DNA of 28,603 nt from Vitrella brassicaformis CCMP3155. Its lineage: Eukaryota; Protista; Chromerida. A model generated the notes under the pieces. It worked only from the letters and a program-made list of their open reading frames with translations, was not told the origin of the DNA and made no database searches. The translations under genes were made by a program, and so were the position numbers. Of the stretch, positions 9,854 through 20,587 are shown piece by piece. How positions within the stretch are numbered: position 1 is the stretch's first letter; the number at the start of each line of letters is the position of its first letter. Location: assembly GCA_001179505.1 (NCBI GenBank), contig CDMY01000705.1, positions 1 to 28,603 on the forward strand, read 5' to 3'.

Positions 9854-12800
9854 ATGCAGACGACCATTGAGACGCTGCTGCGTCTGCTGGCGTGTTCATC
9901 TGGCGCCCTTGCCGTATCTTCTGACATCGGGCTGCAGAAGACAGCCTTCTTACCCGCCTCCGGGCTGCCACTGGACAGGGGCAGGAGATCAGCAGCACCG
10001 TCTTCGCGCCCACATCTGGCTCAACTCTCGCGACATTATGCGGCCTCCCGGCCCGTTGAGCAGCCGCCATCACCGCCGCAATCAGTGGCCACCGAGCTGC
10101 CCGCTCGGCTGAATGGCAACAACGCATCAGCACTGCACCACGGACGACAAGCAGCGGTGAACCATGAGACCCAGGCGTCTGCTGCTGCTGCTGCTGCTGC
10201 TGTTGTCATGGATGAGAGGCCGCGTGTGGCTGTGAATGGTGTGGAGTTCGACGTGCTGGACAGGGAGGGGAACCTGACGGACGGTGAGGCGGTGACGCGG
10301 AGGGACGACACTGTGGTGCTCTTCCTCCCCGGCATCTTCGGTGAGGGAGGGAGGAAGAAGACCATGCACTGCACTGCTCGCTTCAGTCAGTCTAATTGGC
10401 AAGCGCTTCTCTCTCCCTCTGTCCCCCTTTGTGTGCGGTCCGTGTGTGAGTGGTTCTCGTAGGTTATTCGGGCAACAGTTCTCAGCCGCAGCTGGCGAGT
10501 CTGTCGCACCGGTGTCCCGTCTGGCGGCTGTCAATCCCGCCAACTGACCGCTCCACCTTCTCAGAGCTCGAGGGAGCCGTGGTCACCTTCATCAAACAGC
10601 TCAAACAGCAACAACCACACAAACAGGTCCGGTGGTTGGCACACTCACACACAGACTCACTGTTGGTCTGTCTGTCTGTCTGTGTAGGTGGTGCTTGTCG
10701 GTGACAGCTTTGGGGGCCTTCTCGCCCTGGGTGTTGCATTGAGGTGCGCCACAGACCCCCTGTTGCGCCCGCAGCGGCTCCTGAAGGGCGTGCTGGTGGT
10801 CAACCCCGCCACATCATACCTCTACACGGCCTGGCCGCTGCTGGGGCCGATAGCCACCGCGCTCGACGGCCCCCTTTACACCCTGATGGGCAGCCTGGCT
10901 TTGCTGTCGACGGTGCCCGACCCCATCCAGCGCGCATCGATTCGGGAGGCCTTCTGGCCGTCCTCTGTGCCCATCACACAGAGGCCGAGAGAGCTCGTCA
11001 AACAAGGTAGGTAGCTGAGGAAAGACATACAGACAGACAGACAGACAGACACACAGAAGGACAACGTGTGGATGGATGGATGGCTCTCTTTCTTTCACTG
11101 TATCCCATGCATTGTGTGCTGCTTGCAGTGCAGTCAACCTGGGCGGGCTTCTCGCGATTGGCAGACCGCATCGACCCCGACACCCTGAGGTTTCGTCTGG
11201 AGAAGTGGCTGCTCGACGGCAGTGAGCGCGTGTCGATCAAGCTGCAGACCAAGAGGGACAAGTACCCCTACGACCTGCCCACGGTGATTGTGGCGGGCAG
11301 CGAGGACGCCATGCTGCCCAGTGAGAGGGAGGCCAAGCGGCTGGCGAAACTGATGCCCGACAGCGAGCAGGTGCCTGCCAATGAATCAATGCGCTCCTGC
11401 CTGTGAGGCAAGCCATGATGGTATGTGTGTATGTGTGTGTGTGTGTGTGTGGTGCCTGTGCAAGGTGTTGGTGGCCGGTTCGGGGCACTATGTGCTGGAC
11501 AACCGGACGAACCTGACGGACATCCTATTCACGTCCAAGATACTCAACCCCCCACCGTCTGCAGAGGAAAAGTACTTTGAGAAATTCGTGCCGCCAAAAC
11601 TCACCGAGGTACATACGGGCTGTTGATTTATTTGGTCTTTTCTGTCCTCCCTCCTTTCTGTGTGCGGTGCACACGCACACACACGTCCATCTCATCTGTG
11701 TGTGTGTGTGCCCGCCACGGCCCGGTAGGTGACCGATTTGGAGATGCAGCAGGTCAACAGGATAGAGAATGCGACGTCGCCCGTGTGGGTATCGACCAAC
11801 GTGTACGGCCGAAGGATCTGGTGAGAAACAAGATGACCGACAGCCATGCGTGTGTGTGTGTGTGGACACGTGTGTGTGCGTGTGTGTGTGTGTGTGTGTG
11901 TATTCAAGGGGTCTGTCTGGCGTGCCCACCGACCGGCGAGTGCTGTTTGTGGGCAACCACCAGCTGTACGGCCTCGATCTCGGGCTCCTCGTGCGGCAGA
12001 TATACAAGGTAGGTACCTACCTAGCTACGTCACCAACCAAACAAATCCATTCTCCATTGTCTGTGTTGTCTTGGTGCAACCAGGAGAGCGGTCGGTTAGT
12101 CCGCGGCATGGCCCACCCGATAGTGTTCAACGGCTTCGGTCCCGGCAGCACCGACCCCAACAGGTCCACTCGCACCATCACCACTGCACCCACACAATCC
12201 CCCACACAATCACAGCAGCCGCTACAGCCACAGCAACAACAATCCTCTCGCCGGTTCCTGCCGCCATTGCCCCCGCCGCCGCCTCTTCCCGCTCTCCCAT
12301 TGCGGAATAGGCGGAGGAATCGGCGAAGTGATGAAAGTGGAGACGAGAGCAATGGGGAGGGGCGGGAGAGCGATATCGTGATGGGGATGCCGCCGCTTGA
12401 GCGGTTTGGTGCGGTGCCTGTGACGGGGCGGAACCTGGTGCGGCTGATGCAGAGGCAGGAGTGGATACTGCTCTTCCCTGGTACGGACGGACACTCCTTG
12501 TGCTACTGGCACTCATGTGGAGCGGGTGAATGGATGGATGGATGGATGTCCCTCTCCACATACACTCGTGTGTCTGCTGTGGTGTCTGGTGTGCCTTCGC
12601 TTAGGTGGGGTGCGCGAGGTGTTTCACAGGAAAGGAGAGAACGACCTGGTGTGTACGCAATCGGACAGACGCTCAGCTACCCACTCTCACCCTCTCCTTT
12701 CCTCTCCTCTCCTCTCTCTCCATAGGTCTTGTGGGCGGACACGGCCGAGTTTGTGCGCACGGCGGCCAAATACAACTACACTATAGTGCCCTTCTCGGCC

Positions 12801-13247
12801 ATCGGTGCGTCGGACAGCTTCCAGATGCTGCTCGATCCCGAGGAGATGCTGCGGCTGCCTCTGGGGCTCGGCGAGCGCATCAGACGACAGGCCGACAAGA
12901 TGCCCACAGTGAGGGAGTACGAGAAGATGGTGCCGCCACTGAGTGTGCCAAAGGTCCCCGACCGCTTCTACTTTCTCTTCCACGCTCCCGTCGACCTGAC
13001 GGCCGTCAGCCCCACCGACCGCGACACGTGCCAGTCCGTCTACAACGACATCCGGCAGCGTGTCGAGACCGGCATCGAGCACCTGAGAGAAGCGAGGCAA
13101 AAAGACCCCTTCCGCAACTTTGTGGCCCGCACGGCCTTCAAGCGGCTGTATGGCCGCCAGCCGCCATCTTTCGAGCTCGACGAGCTGCCCAGCGCGCGAT
13201 CAGAGGAGGCAAAGAATAATGGGTCAGACGGCAGCGAAGCCAACTGA
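9854..13247 (+). CDS. Phytyl ester synthase / esterase-lipase-thioesterase (PES1/PES2-like): alpha/beta-hydrolase plus DGAT-type acyltransferase, probably plastid-targeted, 836 aa
   Basis: Ten in-frame exons: 9854-10340, 10463-10626, 10688-11006, 11129-11370, 11465-11608, 11729-11820, 11909-12008, 12084-12480, 12605-12648, 12726-13247 (total 2511 nt). Hydrolase motifs: LFLPG, GDSFGG, VNPATS, GSEDAMLPS, GSGH. Acyltransferase motifs: FVGNHQLYGLD (H-X4-D), RGMAHP, LLFPGGVRE, FVRTAAKY...IVPFSAIG, RFYFLF. The N-terminus looks like a signal peptide followed by TAF. Confidence 0.9.
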
Positions 13248-13611
13248 TGCTCCTGTCGCCTGTTGAGCTGTCAGCTGCTCTACTGTGTAACGTTCGCGAA
13301 GCGAAGGAAGGAGCTGGGTGAGCTGAGCAGAGAAGTGAGAGGAGCCCAGGCCGTAGGTTTTTGACGTTTGCTGTGTTGTCACCCGCCGTCCATATCTAGA
13401 CGCACCGGCCCCATTATGCATGTGTTCTTTCTCTGTCTGTCGATCGAGATCTGCAAACAAAACGACTCCTGGCGGTAGTCGGTGAGTGGATGTGTAGCGA
13501 GCGACTCACTGATTGGGCGGGGGAGTGCATGTGTGTGGGGGGTGTACAGGCAGAGAGACGGACAGTGCCAGCAAGCTTCAAGTTGGCAGGGGGGAGAGAT
13601 TTTGGGCCGGG

Positions 13612-13642
13612 GGAATGAATGCCATGGAATGGCATTCATTCC
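13612..13642. repeat. Perfect 14-bp hairpin with 3-nt loop (intergenic)
   Basis: GGAATGAATGCCAT-GGA-ATGGCATTCATTCC. Confidence 0.8.
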
Positions 13643-13983
13643 TCCATGAGCTGCATGAGTGTGCCACCGTGTCGATCCCAGGAGTAACGTGACGACACGC
13701 ATAGCAGACCAACCCCTCAAAGCCATATGTAGGACTGCCGCTGGCAGGCTTCTTTGACGTCGACGTAACGGAAAGCGGCCACAGCGTCTGATCTCGAGTC
13801 TACCGTGTATCAAGACCATCCATTCACGGGGACTCATCGCACAGAGAAAAGGCAGCACCGAATCACACCACACGACACACACGCACACTACAGAAAACCA
13901 CACCACCGATGCAGGCATGGCCCACCAACACAGGCTCGCGCCCCTCATTCCGTGAAACCGCTCTCTCAAGCCATGCCCTCGAC

Positions 13984-15265
13984 ATGTTGCGAATTGATGA
14001 GTCTGTGGCCGAGCGGATCTTGCACCTGCATCAGCACAAGCACCAACAGCAGCAGGCAAGCACCACTGAGATGATGACGCACCTCGTTCAGCTGCTTTGC
14101 GTTGTGCGTGTGTGTGCAGCGCGTCTGTGTGGTCGGCGTGACGAAGAAGCACGAGGACGAAGGGAGATGGACTGACTTGATTGGCGCATTCATGTGAAAC
14201 ATCAGCACACACACTTGCGGGTATCATTGTGCCTCTCGTGTGTGTGTGTTGTGATTGCGTGTGCAGTTACCCGCCCCAGCGTGACGACGACGAGGCCATC
14301 GATGACACCGATGTGCCCTCACTGCAGGACATCACTGATGGTGAGCCAATCCGCCAGACAGACAGATGGATGCGGCCATCCACCTGTGTGTGTCCTCCCT
14401 CCCTTCCTCCCTCCCTCTCTCCGTTCTTCGTTCAGCGCTGCCTTTGGGACTGTCTGTGGTCGGCACGACGGCAGCACCGACAGACGAGCACACACAACAC
14501 ACTGGTGGGCACTCACACAGCGATGGATGTCGGCACACATCAGTGTCTGTTGTGTGTGAGGATGACGTGCAGACGCTGCTGGGGGCTCGCAGTGCCTCGT
14601 GCGGCTGACTGTCAAAGACGGTCAGTCCGCACACAACCACACACATACATAGGCAGCACACAGTGAGTCGATGGCGCCCACATGATGAGTGTGGGCGGTT
14701 TCTCACAGATGAGTCCGTCGCATTGGCGGATCGCTTCACCGCACACACGAGCAAGGGCCTCTCCATCCCAGTGTCGATTGCGCCCATTGTGAACGACTAC
14801 GTGGCCTTGCGCGCGAGCATGGAACTCTCGTGGGCACAATAATCTCTCTCTCAATCTGTGTGCATGTGTCTGTGTGTGTGGGTGTCGTCGGTGCGGTGTG
14901 GTGCAGGTGCGTCGGTGTGACGCCAAAGGACCTCATTGCCCACCTGCAGGCCTTCCTGAGGCAATTGGTGTGCGGCAAGGGCGACTGCATGCGCCTCCTC
15001 ATAGCCGTGAGAACAAAGCCATTGATGCTGACAGACGCACACGCAGGAGTGGCCACACGATTGTATGTGTGTGTCTGTGCAGGGCAGCGACATGCGGCCG
15101 CTGACGATAAAGGAGATTGGTAACCGCACACACACATGGTGCCTTAATTGCACATTGTACCGATGCGTGTGTGCCTTTACCTACACAGTCGATGGTGCGG
15201 CGGAGTCAGACGTCGCCGCACTGTTGACCGAGCCAATCGGCGAATTGATGTATGCCCCCCCCCCC

Positions 15266-15317
<52 letters not shown>

Positions 15318-17657
15318 TTCCCACATACATACATACATATATACAAATGTCTGTATGTCTGCATTTGTATGTATGTATGTATAATGTACAATGTACATAT
15401 ACACATACACATACACAGTATATGTATACGTGTATAGATTATGTATATACGTATAAGTGTTGCGTATTGGTGCCATCTATCCATCGACTCAGCGATCCAT
15501 CCATGCCGCACACCCGTTCGTCACGCAGCCATCGGTGTTGGTCTGTGTCTGTGTCTGTGTGTGTGGCGGTGTAGATCCTCATCAGCAGCGGTGCCGTCAA
15601 CGACAGTGCCGATCATCCCCTGCAGCACATACGCACAGCCGATTTCTGGACGCCCCCCATTGGCTAAGTCTTACCGCCACCCACCGGCGCACACAGACAC
15701 AGAGAGGCCCTCGTTGATGTGCACGACGGCGCACGGCCTGGCCGTCATGACCCGATCAACCGCTGTGCAGAAAGGTGCCGCAAATTATAATCCCATTAAT
15801 ATCGGCGCGTTAGTGCAAAGGCCTTATGTGTGGTTTCTGTGTGTGTTCAGGTCTGTCTTTGGTGGGCCAGTCCCTGGTGCGTCAGCTGCTGAAAGTCATG
15901 GCCGACACGCAGCGATGGGGCCAGTGCGTCGGGTACTATCTGCTGCAGGTGCCCTTGTGTTTGCTTGTGTACACCCAACACTCACACGATGGATGGATTG
16001 ATATCGTCGCTCTGTGTGTGTGTGTGTGTGTGTGCAGCCTTTGGTGCTGTCCCATCCTCTGATCCTCGGCGGTCCGCAGATCGACACGCGAGAGTGGGTG
16101 TGGGATATATCCGATGGAGCACCCTCCACACCTCTCCCTCTCTCTTTCTCTGTGTCCGTCCGTCTGTCTGTCTGTGTCTGTTTAGGCGTCGCCTGTTGCT
16201 GCACCGCATTTGGCGCCTCCCGATGTACCCCTGCGTCACAAAAGAGGTAACCGGGTGGACGGGGGTCTCTACTTTTGCGAGTCCGGCGGTATGCATTTCG
16301 TTCACTCAGGCGGCTTTGCGTGGCGAGGGCGAGAGCAGAGTGACCGACGAGGGGCGGCTGATCAATGTGAGCTAAGAGCGGACGCACCCCATGAGAGCTG
16401 CCTGAGTGGGGAATGTGTCGCTGTGTGTGTGTGTGTGCGTTTGCCCGCTGTGTGCAGCCCCACAGGGCCCTCATCCACAAGACACAAAGATACACACATG
16501 TGCGGAGCGTCAGAGGTATGCACCTCTCTCTCTCTCTCTCCCCTACAGCTGCGCATCTCTCTCTCTTTGTCTCTCTCTGTCTGTGTGTGTGTGTGTGCAG
16601 GAAGTTACGAGTACCATCACTGCGGTCACGGCGGTGTGGCCGACATCGGGTGGGGCGGCTGCTACCGCGCTGTCATGACCATCGTGTCATGGTACACACG
16701 ACAGGGATACACCACACAGGTCTGCACACAGATAGCAAGAGAGAGAGAGGCATGCACACAGCAGATCCATAATGGTGCTTGGGGCGCGTGTGACTCGTTC
16801 GATCGGCCAACCACTGCAGGCCGTCCCTTCGCACAGTGACATCCAGAGGGTGCTCAGGGCGCGAGAGCCCGCACACAGACAGCTCGCTATCGGATCAACC
16901 ACATGGCTCGGCTGTGTGGAAGGTCAGGCAGGCACTTTGTAGGAGTCACTGGTGTACCCCATTCATTGTGAGGCGTGTGCCCGCCCCCCACAGGGAGCTG
17001 TGCGCTGGAATGGCTCGTCGGCAAGGAGAAGGACGATGACGATAAGTCGGTCCTTCTGTTCATTCAGGTGAGTAATTGACTGAGGGACACCAACACACAC
17101 ACACACAGAGAGGGAGAGAGACAGACGAGTGCGCGCGCGCGCGTGTGTGTGTGTGTGTGTGTGCAGGATGCGACTGACCTGGGCAGCTACAGCCAGCAGA
17201 TCAGGCAGCATTTCGTCGCACAGGGCACGCCCATCCTCGTGGGCGTCGGCAGCCTCACACTCATCCTGGTCGCCACGGCAACAGACACACACACAGGTGC
17301 ACACCAACAGACACACAGAGGGAGAGAGAGAGCCAAATGTCCCCCATTGCTTGACTGACTGCAGGGGAGTCTTCGTATCTGGTGGTCGACCCGCAGTACG
17401 CCGGCCCCGACCATCATGACGATGCCGCCACACTCACCGCCAGCGAGTGCGTCGCATGGCGATCGGTCAGTAGCGTGATGATATGTTCCCAACGGCACCG
17501 TTAATGCGCGTCTGTGTGTCTGTCTGTCTGTCTGTCTCTGTGTGTGTCTGTCACTCGCCTGCAGGCCGAGTGGCTGGGCGAGATTGCCGGCGGCCGGTTT
17601 ATGTGTTTGGCTCTGCCGCAGATGATCAGAGACCAACAGGGCAGGGCCATCATTTGA
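13984..17657 (+). CDS. UFSP2: UFM1-specific peptidase 2-like (peptidase C78) protein, predicted catalytically inactive
   Basis: C-terminal exons 16601-16719, 16820-16922, 16994-17067, 17167-17296, 17365-17465, 17565-17657 join in frame. They give GSYEYHHC...DIGWGGCYRAVMTIVSWY, VPSHSDIQRVL, GSTTWLGCVE, HFVAQGTPILVG, YLVVDPQY and FMCLALPQ, the linear motif order of UFSP2. The N-terminal exons (13984-16480) and start codon are less certain. Confidence 0.8.
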
Positions 17658-18535
17658 CCAATGAGTGGATGGATGGATGGATGGCGTGCTAATTAATTGA
17701 TAAGAGTGTCAGAGCGTCGAGCTTTTGACACGTCAACAGAATCCGGCACACAGAGACGGATGGAGCCTTGTACAGAGCATACAGGCGAATCTGCATGGCC
17801 GACAGACAGATAGACAGACAGACAGACCGAGAGACAGAGAGACAGACAGAGAGGGGTGCGTGCCGTGTGTGAATCTGCACACTTTGACACCAATGGCAAT
17901 CAATCACGGTATGTTGATGAGATGTTGATGAGATGTTGATGAATCCAATGGTTCCACTCACATCGCCAGATCGCCTCTCTGCTTTTTTACACCCACCTGC
18001 ACCCCAGCTGAGCTCCACTGAGTACATACTGGGGGGAATGAAAATGACGGCTCCGCTGAGAGAATACGTGCATAAACACGCACGCAAGTAGGGTCGGCTG
18101 CGGGCAAGCGCTGCGCATTGCTTGCTTGTTGCATAGCAGCTGCAGCCCTGCCCCAACACGTATTTAGGGGTGTGTGTGTGTGTGTGTGTATATATCAATG
18201 AACAGAGATCCTGTGTGGGCAGACCGTCCAGTAAGTGGCTTTCTTCGGTCTGTTTGATTTAGGGTGCGTGCGAGGCCTTGGGCGCATGTGCGTTGCAACG
18301 CAAATGGGATTGACCGATTGACCGATTGACGGATCTCCTGCGATTGGGATTGACGGATTCTGTGTGTCACTGTCAGTAAGCATTGATTTGCGTGTACATC
18401 ACAAATGGTGCACACACGACATTAAGTACGTCTCATACCACACGCAGTATAAGCCGGCAGTCGACCCTAGCTATCCACTCTATGGCCCACTTAGCCACCC
18501 GGCCACTCACAAATGAACGCGTCGACCACCAATAA

Positions 18536-20247
18536 TCAGCAGCAGAGGCCCCAGCAACTCTTGGCCTCCTTGGGCACATCAGCCAACAGGTCATAATAAC
18601 GACCTGCATGAGCACACACCAACACACACACACACACACACAGACACACACACGTTCTCCCTGTGTCTCGCGGGCAAATCTCATGGCAGTCCCACTCAAT
18701 CACTCACCATTTTTCTTGCGATAGGCGGGTGCCCAGAAGCAGTCGTTCATAAACAGCGTGTAGCTGGTCATCCTCGACCGCAGCACATTCACCCCGTGGG
18801 CCGTCATCCAATACCCAGCAGTCTGCACAGAGAGAGAGGGGGGGGAGGGCAGATGCATCTGTGCGTTCAGCCACCATCACACATCTCCTTCAAGGCACGT
18901 ACGTCCAGCACGGCAGGCAGCAGGATGCGCGCGTCCTCCAGCTTCATCCACTTGTGCAGGTACTCCTTCATGAGAAACTCCTGATGGATGGACACAGAGA
19001 GAGACACAGAGAGAGACAGAGAGGTGTGTCGGGGTGTGTGTCTGTGGGGGAGGGGGGCTGGAGGTGGAGATGGACTTGCCTGGTCCGAGAGGGAGTACAG
19101 GCATTTCGCACCGCCGACGGGGTCGATTGACAACTTCTCCTGAACATACACATGACAGACGCACCGACAGATGGATGGACGGATCTCTCTCTATCTCCCT
19201 CCCTCCCTCTCCCTGTCTGTCTGTCTGTGTCTGTGTGTGTGTGCACCGACCATTTCGTCAATGTGCTTCTCCGTGTATGGAATCAGCAGATCCAACGCCT
19301 ACAGGTGAACAGAGACACAGCACACACACACGAGAGAGGCCAGCCAGGTGTTCGTGCCTCTCTGTATATCTTTGTGTGTGGTTGCCCAGTGCCCACCTCG
19401 CAGGTTTCTGTGAGGCTCTCCTCGAAAGGCCTCTGGCGGAACCTCTTGGCCGCGTCCATCAGCTTGGTCAGCCGCTGACCGACGCACAACAACAAATGCA
19501 GAGACAGAGTGTGTGTGTCTCTCCCCATGTTGTCATCCTTCTCTCTTTCTCTCTCTGCCTCCCCAGTGGCTGTCTCTCTGTCTCTCTGTGTGTGTGTGGG
19601 TATGTATCTTTTGTGTGATGTCTGTTGCTCAGTGCTTTATTACCTCCAGGACGTCATTGTATCTGTCCCGGTATGGCTGCTTGTACAGAGTGGTAAGCGG
19701 CGTGCACGACATCCACGTGTCGAACAGGACCTTCTCCAACGCCAGCGCACGATCCATAAACACACCCACACTCTCACTGAACCACTGCACACACACACAC
19801 ACACACACGCACGATGAAAGGAGTGAGTGGCGTCTTCGTGCGTGAGTGTGACCTGCAAAAACTGTTCCAGCCGCCACTTCTTGCCTTCGCGGAGCAAGGT
19901 CGTGAACCTCCGCAACTGCAGACAGGACAGCACCGACATTGAAATTAATCGCCAATCCATCAATTTTATATGCAGTCAAGAGGCCATCCATGTGGGCTGA
20001 CTGCTCTTCCCGACCTGCTTGAGTTGTCTGCGGATGGGCTCGTGAAGCAGTAGCAGCCACTCCTCCAACAGATCACTACAGTCAGTACAGGCAGCCGGAT
20101 ACAAACCGACACACATGGCACAAAGAGGGAACAACCTTCACGTCTCCCTCCCGGCCTGCCTTCCTTGACCCTCCCTCACCTGGGCGCGGGAACGATCTCA
20201 CTGAGCACCTTGTCAGTGTACTTGGCCTCTTCGCTCGGAGTCATCAT
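18536..20247 (-). CDS. 259-aa hemerythrin-like (HHE four-helix) protein with a degenerate metal site and Cys-rich C-terminus
   Basis: Ten in-frame exons: 20247-20180, 20075-20015, 19915-19853, 19784-19644, 19474-19397, 19298-19251, 19139-19080 (GC donor), 18980-18903, 18822-18708, 18603-18536 (total 780 nt). Motifs: WLLLLHEPIRRQL, WRLEQFLQWF, LEKVLF, HIDEME; the protein ends SCWGLCC*. The gene model is strong; the family assignment is inferred. Confidence 0.65.
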
Positions 20248-20587
20248 AACCGTGGGGTGGTGTCACAGCGTTGCAGACTTGCACAAACTTGCCACAAAGG
20301 AAACAGAAACGAAGCTGTACTGCGGTAACCGTTGGGCTGGGCTGCCTTATCCAAAGACAGGGGACCGGATCGAGGCTGGCGAGCCGAAAATACAAAGAGG
20401 GAAGGGACAGAAAGACCGATGCGATGCGATGTGGACCCGACAGTTCCTTCTGACAGCCAAACTTGCGCTGCAACAAAGACGCTTGACAAAGCCCTTCCGA
20501 GTCGAAGCACTCAAACGCCGCGTCGAGACGGGGGCCAGCTGGGGGCGCCGAGTTGCCGGTCCCGGTCTCCATCCCATCTCGCCACCA
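20248..20587. promoter_or_regulatory. Putative bidirectional promoter between the hemerythrin-like gene and K2-ANK2
   Basis: Divergent ATGs at 20247 (-) and 20588 (+), 340 bp apart. Confidence 0.45.

Noticed and set aside
17689-17790. IRLYALYK peptide resembling the acyl-CoA-binding protein LYxLYKQA motif (minus strand)
   Set aside because: Lacks the following QAT-G and KWxAW motifs and has no supporting upstream exon; likely chance.
18308-18354. Four GATTGAC copies, plus an 11-bp tandem repeat near 17915-17945
   Set aside because: Indistinguishable from the pervasive simple-repeat background.
20165-20587. 169-aa ORF suggesting a long N-terminal extension of K2
   Set aside because: Starts at TTG and overlaps the first exon of the opposite-strand gene; the K1 paralog starts at the equivalent of ATG 20588.
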